A stretch of 64,000 nt of DNA from Spironucleus salmonicida. Its lineage: Eukaryota. Made by a program: the position numbers and the translations under genes. Below, piece after piece: positions 13,432-26,511 of the stretch (the stretch's first letter is position 1; every line of letters starts with the position of its first letter). The stretch spans positions 1,736,001-1,800,000 of the forward strand of contig NC_090598.1 in the NCBI RefSeq assembly GCF_000497125.1. Reading direction: 5' to 3'. The notes below the pieces were generated by a model. It saw nothing but the letters and a program-made list of their open reading frames with translations, was not told where the DNA came from and searched no databases.

Positions 13432-15906
13432 TCACAAAATCAGTTCATTATCTTCTTCATTAGGGTATAATGTTGTTAATATAATTGCTGGATGCGTATA
13501 CATACAGGAGATATTGTTAATATCGCAACGGTCTAGTTCATATTCAATGACTTTATCTTAGCTAACAACGGATGTAATATAGTCATTGTGCAAAATTGAA
13601 GTTTTCATTATATAACTGACATTCTAAATTTAAAACTTTCTAGATGTTGGTGTGGATAATAAATTTATCGAATTGCTGCCTAAAGTTTTAGATGATATAG
13701 ATTTTTTAAATTTTCTATCTAGATTTAGTTTATAACAAATCATAATTATCAATAATATTACTAGAATTATCATGGATGATAATGTAATCCAAGTTCGATT
13801 TAAAGAAAAATAATATGCAAAACATGTGATTATCATTAAATAAAATGAATAATAGCAAGTTGTAATAACTAATTTCATTATATCGACTTCACCTGATAAA
13901 TCAGATGTCGAATACTAAGGATTAATGTAGTAGATATTATATCTTGTAGTCAATGAAATTGAAATTATCCCAATGAACACCATGACAATAGAGATTGGCG
14001 AAACAATGGAATACATCATACCAACTACCACCATGTGACAAATATATGCAAGCTGAGTAGGAAAAGAAAATTCAAAAAATTTATATGTTCTTATTCTATG
14101 TTAACTAGAGCGTCTATATATTTTTTTATAAAATACTAAGAAGACATCAGGGATTCGTAGTAACGTAAATACGCCTAATAAGAAATATTTTGTCATAACA
14201 TAGTTAGAAAATATAAATGATGATTATGATATATTTTAAGATATCTTATTAAAAATTTCAAAAATAGAAAGTTCTAATAATTGTTTAAAATTGAGAACAC
14301 CTTAATCATTTAGGGCAGCACCTAGAATTATATGCAAAACTCCCTATATTAAGCCTAAAAATGCAAAAAGACATACAAATTTCAAATTATTCCTTTATGC
14401 TCTTGATTTAAATTTTGGTATAAATAATAGAAGTGTAATAATTTATGGTAAACATGACATGAATATTGCCGATATTAATTATGGCATATAGGTTACAATC
14501 AGAGTATTAAGTTCATAACACATAAAACATCTTGGTTATTTGAACTTTTCCGTTAAATCAAAATTATCACAATGTAAAATACTAATACAGATATTATTAA
14601 AAAATAGATTGAATATTTACTGTTAATATTATGATGCTAACTACAATAAGTATGCTTATGGAACAAAATATCCAATAAAAAGGGCAGTAATAAGAACCCA
14701 AAATAATGCATATGAACATATCTATGAAGATTTAGAGGATGCAATATTGTACCAAAGAATTTAATCAGGGTGGCAGGACTATTAAACATATGGTGCAGTA
14801 TTATCTGCAAATAATGCAATATTGTTTGCTAATGATGCTTCTGTTTATGACTTAAATATTACAAAACATGACTTGCCGATTAAACTAGGTATTAAATCAT
14901 CCTTTTGAGTTAATTTTTAATTATTTTATAATTAAGTTTTGTTTTTATCCAAAAGCCTGACTTGTGCTGGTGATGGATAGTCTGGACATGCATGCTAGAT
15001 GCTATTAATATAATTAGGAATGAGTTGCATTTCATTAATAATCTTATTTATTTGTATTTTATAATAACTAATTTTTACATTTTCTTTTTGTTTCAATTCG
15101 ACTTACTTATTAAACTTATGTTAAATTTATTTGATCTTAATATCATTTAAAATTCCTTGTTTATATGTATTTTATAATAAAAATAGTTTGTTTTAAAATT
15201 AAGCTAAATTATCATCTGAAGTTCGTGCACCTTTAACAAATAATTTTAATTAATAAAAATAATATTATAATATTTAACTTTTTGGCGAAATTGGGATAAC
15301 CTTTACTACTTAATTTTTTGGAAAACAAGTATTTAAAGCGTATTCCAAATTTTATTTATCTTATAACTCTACAGGGAGTCCTTCAAATAATAAAACATAA
15401 TTTTAAGGTGTTGAACGTTTCATAATAATTTATTTAAATTAAATATAAACGTAATTAAAATTTTTATAAAACATGCAGCCAAGAAATGAAACGATCATAC
15501 AAGTTATTAATGGAATAATAATATCCGAAGACTAATCTTCAAGAGATGTTATTTAAAGCTTGGACCAAATTGAAAGCTAAACTATAGTTTAGTTTGAACC
15601 TAAAAAATAAACGGGAAAAAGTAAAATTGATAATACCATCACAATTTGGAACAGTAAATCAATTATAAGTTTTTAAAATATCACAAAAAGTGCAGCTAGA
15701 TTTCCTCTCTATAGAAATTAAGAGTTGTCCATATTTAAGGTTTAAAAAAACCACTTATTTGTAGTAGAACTTTTTAATGGCATATAAACTGATGGTAATA
15801 GCTATTTTAACATTCCGAAAGCAATAAGAACAATAATAACTACACTAATATTAATAATAATTGTCTGTGTAAAAGTATCCTCATATTGAATTGGATTTGA
15901 TTACAT
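13432..15906 (-). CDS. OSCA/TMEM63/CSC1-family mechanosensitive cation channel (824 aa)
   Basis: AFGMLKQLLPSVYMP, PQNYVLLFEGLP, SCFVIFKS, LLRIPDV, FSFPTQLAY...YSIVSPI...RYNLL in family order, with multiple TM helices. Confidence 0.88.
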
Positions 15907-15909
15907 TCA

Positions 15910-15918
15910 TGGAGTGGA
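15910..15918 (-). promoter_or_regulatory. C-rich start-proximal motif TCCACTCCA
   Basis: Exact copy 3 nt upstream of the OSCA ATG; identical copies at 35914 and 59812. Confidence 0.55.
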
Positions 15919-15946
15919 ATTTATAAAAAGTATTAAATATTATATA

Positions 15947-17803
15947 TCAGTCTATCTGTAGTTCTGGTTCTACCACGCTATTTAATAAAATATTGACCTC
16001 TTGTCCTATGCTCACATCTGATTAAAACTAGCAGATATAAAATGGTTAAGTAGGTGAACCAAAAATATCAATAATAATACCAAAAATATCATCATTAGTT
16101 TTTAATGCACCTTCGTACACAAGTCCAGGATACAGTGATCCATCAATTGTGATTTAAGTTTATGTTTTAGATAATATCCTACCAAAGCTTTAAATTTTAT
16201 TATCATCTTAGTACTTGCTTACAACCTAGTCTAGATAATTTTATTAAAAAATAGGTATGTCACATATTTAATCAGAGTGCTATGAAGAATATATACTAGA
16301 ACTACTAGATTCTTCCATTTAATATGGAAAGGAAAAAGATAAAAATTATTATAGTCATTTGTAAAAGGATTTTTTTCGATTAATACGCTCACCAATGTTT
16401 TCCATTTAAATATCCATCTTAGCAGTTAATTCAGCCTTTGACACTTTAGGAAATACTTCCCTAATTAACCAGTCTTCATTAAAGTTATCTATTTTCCCAT
16501 TCCAACACCAATTATTAAAATTTATAAGTTCTGGGATTGTGATATTATGATCAGCTTCTATATTATCCTTAAACAAGAACTCATTAGCTTTCATAAATAT
16601 CATACTGGTACCATTTTAGCCAGATCTTCCAACTCTACCAATTCTATGTAGATATGTGTCACTTTTTGGAATATTCATCTAAAAAATGAAATCAACTTTT
16701 GGTATATCTAGACCTCTAGATGCCAAATCCGTCGCTACTAAAATTAAGGCTTATCCTAATCTAAACTATTGAATGCTTAAAAATCTATCGTCTTACTTCA
16801 TTTTACCATGTAGAGCGACAGACTTAAAATTAAGTTGATTTAACAGCCTATTATAAATTTCTGCTTATTCACCGCTTTCAGCAAAAACAATACCTTAACG
16901 TATTTTTGTATTCAATACATTTTTATTTTATGGTTTCCCATCATTTTTATTAGCAACATCTATTCCTGTGAGAATAGAAAGGAAAAAAGCTAAATAAGAA
17001 CTTGCTTAAAAATCTTACGGGACGATCTTAAAATGTTACAATATATTTTAAGGTATCCTAAAGGATGGTGAAATAATTTTTTGATATTAGTGTAATTCAG
17101 CAAATTAATTTAATAGAAAATTATTCGATGCTGTTGCTAAAACAACTTTTTTAGTTTTAGGAAGATGCTAAATGATGGTAGTCAAATCATCATTAAATTA
17201 TGTATCATCTGTAAAGAAAAAATCTGCCTCATCTAATACCAAAAATTAGTTATTCTCAAAATATGTTGATATATCAGATTATATAGATCTAATAATAGAT
17301 GCTAGTCGTCCTGGTGTAGCTACTATTATATATGGTCCATCACGTAGCTATCCTGTTTACAATGAAATAGATTACCCCCCTGTTATGAGACATGGTTAAA
17401 GACCAAATGTTCTAGAATAACAAGATACTTAATCAAAAATTTATTACGCTAATTCACGGGTGGGTGCTAAAAATATCGAATGAAATGGTTAAGGGTTCTA
17501 TGTTAAATGTTAAAGTGAAGGTAACACAAAGCAAAGAGTTTTTCCTGAAGCTGTTGGAGATACTATCAGAGAAGAATGTAAGTTTATCTATTTTATAGAT
17601 AATTACTAGATTAAAGTAGGTTTTGTAATTGAATGAGCTTCAAGAACCTACGATAATTCAAAGCTTATACCTAAGTTTTCAAACTCATACTAATGGTTTA
17701 TATTCTATTTTTAAGTTTATAGACTAAGTTATACAACATCTACTGTCTATTACTTGGTCTCAGATGAATCCTAAAAATTTTAATCAAAAATATCAATTGG
17801 CAT
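15947..17803 (-). CDS. DEAD-box RNA helicase (618 aa), possibly DBP8/DDX49-like
   Basis: SPTASGKT, APTRELA, VATPGRL, LVLDEAD, LHGKM, VATDLASRGLDIP, YLHRIGRVGRSG. Confidence 0.93.
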
Positions 17804-17850
17804 TTAGAAAAGGAAAAAGAAGTTCAAATAGTATTATATAAAATAATAAA

Positions 17851-18399
17851 TCACCAATCTAAATCTTCCTCAGTATTTTTGCCATAACCACGAATTTATA
17901 TTAAAGGGTAGTCTGTACATTTTATTATTTTCAAACAAGTTTGCTATTTACCCAGATGTAGACAATATTATTTTTTAATCTTTGTCTAAGAAAATTCTGG
18001 TTAATTTAAATATAAGTATGCCTTATAGGGATTATTATGTAGGTCAAATTAAATTTCAGATAAATTTCTAATCATTTATTGCAAAATCTATTAATACAGT
18101 GTATCTTAGCATATTTATTTTGAAACTGAAAAATGAATCTAATAAATATAATACGGATTTCTTTAGTTAAACCCCTATAACATATAAAAACAATATTCAT
18201 CTTGGAAACCTTGAATATTTAATAAGTCTAACGATTATTCTATTTTTTTAAGTTAATTAAATTCAACTTTATTTACAGGATGTAAAGAAGCTATTTAACC
18301 GCTAATAAAAAATATATACTTAATTAACTCGATAACAAGAGGTTTGATAAATTAAACAGGAATATTCTATTAAATTAATTGCATATCTTAAATTTTCAT
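17851..18399 (-). CDS. hypothetical protein (182 aa), candidate p31comet/MAD2L1BP HORMA protein
   Basis: LVIELIKYIFFISGQI, YMLQGFNQRNPYYIYQIHF and QQILQQMIRNL in p31comet order and spacing. Confidence 0.6.
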
Positions 18400-18459
18400 T
18401 ATTAATATGGATATTTATAATATAATAAAATAATGTTTTCACTTCTATTAATTTTTCAA

Positions 18460-20382
18460 ATGACAAAAGAAAATTTTACTGTAGCAGTAAGAGTACGCCC
18501 ATTAAATTAAAAAGAGACCGCAAATGGCGCATATTCAGTTATATAACTCAATAGTAATGATTCATTATACTTTGATCCTATAACAAAGGAAACAGGTCCT
18601 GGAGCTAAAAAATAAAAGAATTTATTGTTTCAGTATGACAGAGTATATGATGAACATTCTACAAATTAAGAAATATATAGAAATACAGTGTAGTAATTCA
18701 TTGGAACATTTCTAGATGGAATTAATTGTTCGGTTTTTGCTTATGGCGCCACAGCTTCAGGAAAAACTCATACAATCTCTGGTGAAGGTGATGGAATCAT
18801 GTATTAGATTGTTGAAGATATATTTAATCAAGTGAAAAGCGATGATAAGTTCAGCATCACTTTTATTGAAATTTATAATGAGAATATTCATGATTTACTT
18901 TCAGAAGCACTAGTTACACAAAATCTTACTATTAGAGAAGATCCAATATTAGGTAGTGTAGTTGTAGGGATTAAGGAAATATAAGTGTCTTCAAAGTTAG
19001 ATGCTTATACATATATTTAAAAAGCACTTTAATAAAGAGCGTGTTCATCAACTGGAGAGAATATATCATCCTCAAGGTCTCATTCAGTATTAACTATAAA
19101 TTTATAGCGAGATAGTACATATTCAAAATTTGTTGTTATCGATTTAGCTGGATCAGAAAGAATGAAACGAACCGGTGCAACTGGATTACGAGCACAAGAA
19201 GGAACTAATATAAACAAATCTTTGTTAGCATTAGGTAATTGTCTGTCTGCCCTTGTTAAACCTGGAGGTTATGTGCCTTATAGAAATTCTAAGTTAACAA
19301 GGATATTAAAGGATACATTATCAGGTAATTCAAAAGTTATTATGTTATGTATGATATCGCCGGGAAGTGTTTGTTTTGATGATACTCTTAATTCTTTAGT
19401 TTATGCCTAACGGGCTACGCTTATTAAGACAAATGCATAATAAAATTTAGCAACATTTTAGTATACTACTGTAGAGTATAATTAAATGATTTAGTAGTAT
19501 AAAGAAGAAAATATGTAACTACAATAAGAACTTACAACATGTAAATAATAAACTAATTCTTCTACTCGCTCTTAGGCTATAAATTCTTCATATGATGTAA
19601 TTAAAAATGATATACATGATAGATTGTAGTCTATTTTAGGTAAAGCCAAGCAGTATTATTTGATTTAAACTAACAGAAAGTATATAGATTATTTAAATGA
19701 GCAAAAAATATAAATTGATAATTAAATGCTTAAATAGCTGTTATCATAAGAGGTCAAGCTTAAAGGGTAAATTGCATAAGAAAAGGAGTAAATTTCATTA
19801 ATTTAATAGAAAAAGGAATTTTAAGCGATGCAAAAACAACTTTAAGATTCAATTATACTATTAATTGAAAATGCATAGTGTATTCTATAATAATTAACGG
19901 TTTAGTCTTATGCTAACTTGTTAGAATAGAAATAAAATTTATTAAATAACTAACATTTAGAAAAGGACAAACAGATAATCCAATTGAAAGCAATTTTTTA
20001 AGATCTTGTTTCTATAGCTGAAGTTGGACTTGGAAATTAAGAAGTAGTTCCGTTTATTAAAAATTTTTAAACTATTGTAAACAGTAATAAAGAAATTAGT
20101 AAAATATAAAATATTGATTTTCAGTAAATTTCGTTAGGTTAAGAATTGACATTAAACTAATTAGATAATACACAATAGTTATAGTTATCTATAAATGCTT
20201 CATAAATACCCACAAGTTAGTTTAATATTTAAGCGGACCAAAAAAGAATTAACGCATTATCTAGTTTCAGATAGAGGAGAGTTCCTGGTTTAAATAGACC
20301 AGAGAAACGTGCATATGAATAAGAATTAGGTGAATTAGAGAAATAACTGAGTTAGGTTAGTTAAAGTAGGAGAATGAAGTGA
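18460..20382 (+). CDS. kinesin-8 family motor (640 aa)
   Basis: [61 protein letters not shown]; coiled-coil tail. An in-frame ATG also lies at 18433. Confidence 0.93.
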
Positions 20383-20393
20383 TGTATAAAATT

Positions 20394-22271
20394 TCATTTC
20401 ATACTATGTAGAAGTTAAATTATTTATTAATAGCACTGATCGCAAATCCAACATTCATGATACAAAAAATTCCTATCATCTAGACGTTACATAAAGCACT
20501 TAACACCCATCTTTGTAGTAATGATCTATGCGTTCCGTAGTAATTTATTTGGAACAATTGTATCTAAATTTCTACCTGCCATATCATAAAATTTAGTTAA
20601 ATTGATTAGATCTAGTCTAGCTTTTTGTTAGTTTTATTTGATTTTTGATATTGTATCATAAAATTATTTGGTAGCTTATAACGCATCAGCGTGATCTCCT
20701 TACATGAACACTTTTATTAACTAAATAGAATCACCTGGAAAAGTAAACTCATCAGCTTAATTATTTTGCTACTTTTTTTCTAATGACATTCGCATTGTAT
20801 CTCTAAATTATAAATATGAATCATCATTGAAAATAATTGCATTTAACGCTGAATATATATCACAAATAGATAATTAGCGAAAATTATCAATAATTTATGG
20901 TATCTTATTTTTAAAATAGTAGAGTGGTTCAGAAAGTAGAAATTTTAATGGTAATTTAAATGTAGCATTTACCTATTCACATCGTGAACATAGATGTTTT
21001 GGCCTATCATTTATTTCTAGTTCTTCTAAGAGTTTAATATATCCTTGATCTTAAGAAACTTACTCAATAACAGTTTCTAAAAATAGGTAAGACTTATTTA
21101 CTTTGTTCATATTCTCACTAGATAAGTCTAGTTAGACTTAATAGATTAAGCTATGTATATCTTTTTATTGATAGTTGTTTTACCTTAATGCCACTGAGTA
21201 TATATTTTTAAATATTTAGTTAGTACTTTATACCATAGTTTTATTTTAAAATGCTAAGACTACATCTCTACATATTTTATAATTTAAAAAATATGGTTAA
21301 TTAAAGTCTGATCGGATAGAAAATAATAATTTTTAGCTCCATTCTAAATCTATTTCTTGTTTATTAATAATTATGCTAGTAGCAAATAAAAATGTTAATT
21401 ATTATCCACAAATTTAATATCTAGTAACTGTAGATTCATGCAATTATACATAAGCAATGATTTTCGTTATTTTATGTCCTTGTTTCTATGAAACAAATAC
21501 ATGTTAAATGAAGCTAGTAAAAAGTTTGTTTATCATATGTAAAGTTGTTTAGCTAAGTGCAAACTAGTCTGCTCTACTAGAATCCGAAAAGAAAGTAGTA
21601 AACCGTTAGTTGCAATCATAATTATATAAATGAGGTAAAATTGAACAATTTCTGCCTTCAGCTGTAATAGAATCTGGCTCCCATTTTACTTTAATTATTT
21701 AATATCTAATTTAGGAAACAGAATTATGAATATAATCTTTATAATCAATGTCTTTTTCTTATTATCCAGATGTTTAATTCTATTATATTTGTAATCTATA
21801 CTTTGTTTCAGCTATAGCTTTGTCAAAATTAAGTTTAGGTTCAAATTTTTCATCATTCTCTCTAATAATTCCTGGTAATTTAAATATAACTTTTTATAAA
21901 ATACATGTCAAATCAATTCTCTGCATATTAGATAACAATGATCTTAACTATGGCGGAGATAAATAATCAACTTTATAAACAATATCTGAATTACAATTAA
22001 GATCAATATATATTATCATTGCACAACATTATAACGGATAGCAATCTTAATTAAAAATATCAACTATTTTATCTGAAGTAAATGAATCTTTACCACGCTT
22101 TAAAACAGCAGGTTCTTTGATCGAGGAAAAATACCAATTTTTTATAACTGAGTGCTCAATGAAAATAGTATCGGGTAGATAAAATGATGTATTAGTTAAC
22201 AGATTATCTTTATGTTTGGTTTTTTTCCAAATAAGATCATAAACAGAAGGTGAAAACCATGTTGATGTCAT
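20394..22271 (-). CDS. hypothetical protein (625 aa) with CxxC pairs near the C-terminus
   Basis: Extends track ORF MTSTWFSPSVYDLIWKK...; CSRC and CDQC motifs; ends AATGA. Confidence 0.8.
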
Positions 22272-22322
22272 ATTTAAAATCTAATATCTATCTAATATCT
22301 ATATATAATATCAAATAATAAA

Positions 22323-22859
22323 ATGCAAAGTTATGGTTTTTAAAATTTCTAGTAAGACTAAAAAGTAAATATTTAGTAATCTTAGCCAGTTTAGCATAAT
22401 AAATCATCTATAATAATATCTGATCAGAATGATAATTTAATATAGGATGAGCTTTAATTATTATAATTAGTAAAATAGCTTACTTAATAGTAGATTTTAC
22501 TGCCTGAGCTTAAAGAGTCTATTGAATAAATACATATTCATACCGCTTTATAGTATAGCCAATTGTATTAAGTTTAAACAAAGTCATTATTATAAATGAT
22601 AGAATTTAGAATTCAAAAAATGTAACAAGTATAATTTTTTTAACAGGAGGAAGATTTAGATTAGGTTGAATTATAGCTTAATTTCATTGAATAAAGACTA
22701 TTAAAGATGTTTAATAATCTATCAACCACTAAGTCTTTCAATGCTAAAGAGCTTTTGGCTGAAAATGATAAATTTGATGTATCTAAAGATGACAAATTAT
22801 CTATTAATTTGGAGGCAAGTAAAAAATAAATGTAAAAATGGGAAATTATTTTAGAATGA
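22323..22859 (+). CDS. Gln-rich coiled-coil hypothetical protein (178 aa)
   Basis: MQSYGFQNFQQ...KWEIILE-TGA. Confidence 0.72.
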
Positions 22860-22915
22860 ATAACTTAAATATTATATCATACTGACATTAATTTATATGT
22901 TTTATTTAATATTAA

Positions 22916-23107
22916 ATGGCAAAAAAATAAAAAAATGATAAATAATCAGATAAAAAAGGTAAATAGAAAGTTACTGGTTGGAGTTAAAAATAAAGAGATG
23001 GACATAATAAGGCATGTAAAAGGTTATAGACATAAGAACAATTTCTTATGTAAGAGGTTAAATAATTAGCAAAATAAGTTAAGGTAAAGACTTAGACTGA
23101 AAATTGA
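22916..23107 (+). CDS. small basic protein (63 aa)
   Basis: MAKKQKNDKQSDKKGKQKVTGWSQKQRDGHNKACKRL...; flanked by AT-rich spacers. Confidence 0.6.
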
Positions 23108-23161
23108 ATAATTCAAATATTATAATCTATATATTATATTATTCATATTATTTAACTTGTA

Positions 23162-24061
23162 ATGTTTGAATACACTTTACGCCATAATTTTACTAAAAAA
23201 CAAAGATATGATAGTTTCTTATCTTCTGAATTAATATCAACAGATTAGAATGATATCTATTACTTTGATTAATCAAAGTTTGCCGTAAATAAATTTACTT
23301 TGCCAGAAAATATTTCAAAAGATTGTAACCAATGGGATTTAATTCCAGTTGAGTTAAAATTTGAATAGATTCTATCTGATATTACTGATGTGCTTAAAAT
23401 CAAGGTATATAAAAATTTTCTTTATTTTGTGACATTAACATCGTTTAATACTTATGATTTAGATACTAAAAGTTTAAAATCTATTTCACTTATGTATGGC
23501 GAGTGGAACTTTACGATCTTAGCTGAAAAAATATTCTTATACTCTTAAACACTCAATATTTTTAATGTTGTCCAGCAAAATAAAGCTGAGTTAGATTTTA
23601 TTAGCCTTCCGTCATCTCCAATAAATATATTGCAAGTTAATGAGCAGATTATAATAGTATTTAGTCAATTTTTTGCGATATATTCAATCTAATTAAACCT
23701 TCTTAAGTAAATACCTGTACCTGCAAAAGTTGATGTAGTAGCTGCCTAGATGAATGAATGCCACCTTATTTTAGCTAGTAAATAGCGTTAAATTCTTAAA
23801 GTTTCTATAGAAGGCAAAGTACTTGGCACAATTTAGGCTGCTACCAAATATGATCCATAATAAATATTTTTCATTGATGACTCTATAATTTTATAATCTA
23901 GAAGCCATGAAGTTATACGCTAAAGCTTTACATAGAAAAATGATAGATTTTCTGGAGTTAGAGGGGATGCACCTTGGGTTGGTGGCGAAATTAGTTAAGG
24001 GACATTTGTAGGTCTTACTGAAGGGGGTATTTATATAATATTTGGAGTGAAGAATTTATGA
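23162..24061 (+). CDS. beta-rich, probably beta-propeller hypothetical protein (299 aa)
   Basis: MFEYTLRHNF...GVRGDAPWVG...GIYIIFGVKNL-TGA; repeated short beta-strand pattern. Confidence 0.78.
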
Positions 24062-24573
24062 GTTTTGTAGATGAACTTGTAAAAATGCATGTTTAAGTTA
24101 GCGAAAATGCATACTAAACACTAGGTAATGTATAATTTTTTAGGGAATTAATTAACGAAAGGCTATCTGATATTTCCCTTATAGTACTTTCATTTTACCT
24201 TAGTTTAGTTCCATATGTTGATACTGTTGAAAATAAAACGTATGCTTATTTTACAATAATTTTTATGCACATTTATCTACTATGCTATGGGTATGACATA
24301 TCATACACCCATTTTATAAATTAATAACATTACTTTTCTGGACTTCAGCTATTAGATACTATTTATCCCATCCCAGCTAAAACAAAAAATATAGCTTATT
24401 TATAAGTTGTAAAATATTGTTCTATATTAATTTAAAATTTTGTAATAGTTAGTTTAATGAGTAGATTTATATTGTAGTAACCGTATTATCTCCTAGCAAT
24501 ATATATTCCTGTCGTCATTTTTATTCCTATATTTATTTATTTGGGTTACGTTGTTGCAAACATTATTAAGTGA
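24058..24573 (+). CDS. small multi-pass membrane protein (171 aa) whose ATG overlaps the upstream stop (ATGA)
   Basis: MSFVDELVKMHVQ...; about 4 hydrophobic segments; ends AGTGA; alternative start at 24085. Confidence 0.72.
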
Positions 24574-24607
24574 TAATATTATATAATATTAGAATACAAT
24601 ATAATAA

Positions 24608-25210
24608 ATGTAAGATGAGTAATAGTTACCTTAAAGACCTTTGCTATTTCCCATTTACTCTTTATTTGAGTAATATTATATAGAAAATAATATTCAAAAA
24701 CCAGTGCTAACGTAATAAGCTCTAGAATATCTTGAAAAATTAGTAGACTCACTTTTTACCTTATTGCTTAATTCTAGTCAGGCATACAGAGACCCAGATA
24801 AATAAATTACTATTTTCTAATAAAATATAGCGAAAAATCGCTTAGATAAGTTTTTATAATCAAAAATATATTTGAATACTAGTTATTTTATAAACCATTT
24901 ATCAATGAGTAATGACTTGGATAATTAAACTGCTTAATCATAATACCTGTTTCTGAATAGTAACAAAATCCCATCATTTTTAGAAATTTAAAATGCCACA
25001 TAATAAAACCATAAGCATAATTCAGATATTGAATTGGCTGATTTACTTTTTGAATAAATAGATTTTAAAGCAGAATTATAAATAGAAGTCAATGTATGGG
25101 ATATTACGGGTGTAGCATTAACTGCTGCGAATGCTCTTTACTACGGGCAAGAGGGTTATGGTGACTAATTATAAAAAATAATTAGAAGATCTGCAGAATA
25201 TGGTAAGTGA
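24608..25210 (+). CDS. hypothetical protein (200 aa)
   Basis: MQDEQQLPQRPLLFP...RRSAEYGK-TGA, open in code 6. Confidence 0.75.
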
Positions 25211-25219
25211 TAATTTTTA

Positions 25220-25675
25220 TCATTCGACAGTTTTTTAACCTTACTATTTAGCATAAGCTTCTCTACCCCTTACTTCCATCTCAATTTATTCCTTAGTAAG
25301 CTAGTTATGACCTAATGCCGAGCGTATTTTATTTAATTCAGCTTTTCTATTGCCTATTCTATTTTCGTAAAATTTAACTGCATCTTACTTAGAAAGTTCA
25401 GCACAATATCCACCGCCAAGGTTAACTAAAAAATTCTCTGCGTCAGATATTTACGCATATACATAACATGACTCAGTAAAAGGCACTAAGGCTTAGTTAT
25501 CCTTCTTACTATGTTGAAGAGTATTAATAGCATTGATAGCATTTTAACAAAGTTACAACCCCTACTAAATAACTGGTAAAGTACGGGATAGTGCTTCGTG
25601 CTCAGCTTACAACTATTTGTATAGAGATGAAAGTGTCTCATTTGGCAGACGAGATACATCAACTTATTAAGCCAT
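25220..25675 (-). CDS. PFDN5: prefoldin subunit 5 (alpha type)
   Basis: VDVSRLPNETLSSLYKQL, ALVPFTESCYVYAQISDAENFLVNLGGGYCAELSKQDAVKFY. Confidence 0.88.
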
Positions 25676-25739
25676 TTACAGAAATTTGAAATGGTAAGGA
25701 AAAAATTACAATATAATACTATATAATAATGAGTTTAAA

Positions 25740-26162
25740 TCATTAGGAAAGTTTAAGCTATTATGGTTATCTTGCATAACGGATAAGCAACGCTCTCTGT
25801 GGGTCGTCTTCGTTTCTCAAAAGAACAGCTATAAAGAAATGATCAAATACTCGATACATCAAGTATTGTTAGTTTTTATAAACTCCTTAAATGATTGAGC
25901 TACTTAGATCTAAATTTTGTTATTTAGTAACATCAGTACTATATTATCTCATAAGTTATATATCCTACTTGAATATTAAAATTTTTTAACAAATATGTTC
26001 TCTTTATAATTGTACAATGGGTAATACTTAACTGTTAGACGTATTTTATTATTATTGAAATTATTATGGTAGTTATTATGTTTAAAATTATTAAATTCGT
26101 TATATTGGCGGAGGTTATTGAGAAATTGCCTAAAAGAATTATGGGGCAGTTGGTGATTGCAT
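25740..26162 (-). CDS. hypothetical protein (140 aa), Gln/Pro-rich N-terminus
   Basis: MQSPTAPQFFQAISQQPPPIQ...; Gln runs encoded largely by TAA. Confidence 0.7.
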
Positions 26163-26227
26163 TTAAAATAATATACCATAAATAATATAATAATATAATA
26201 ATTATTTAATATAAGTATTATTAAATT

Positions 26228-26461
26228 TCACTTATTTTCTTCAAATTAAGTTGGTATACAGTTGGATACAGTATTTACTAAGCCTAGAAACTGAAGTTGG
26301 CCGAATACGTCATACCCATAGACAGCACGAGTACCTAAGCTTTCTCCTTTTACTTCCGCGTATATTTATTGATCTGCTATAACTACGTCAGTATTACTTT
26401 AATCTTTTGCTAGAAATAGTGTTTAAGGTTAATATTCATCAGGGAATATCAAACTCTTCAT
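26228..26461 (-). CDS. small protein (77 aa), weakly TFIIIC subunit-6 (Sfc7/GTF3C6) barrel-like
   Basis: DVVIADQQIYAEVKGESLGTRAVYGYD; ends AGTGA. Confidence 0.6.
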
Positions 26462-26511
26462 TTTGAATAAGTAATATATAATTATTTTATATTATTTTTC
26501 AATTTAATAAA

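Noticed and set aside
24608-25210. Histone-fold (Ada1/TAF4-like) resemblance
   Set aside because: Only a generic amphipathic helix pattern.
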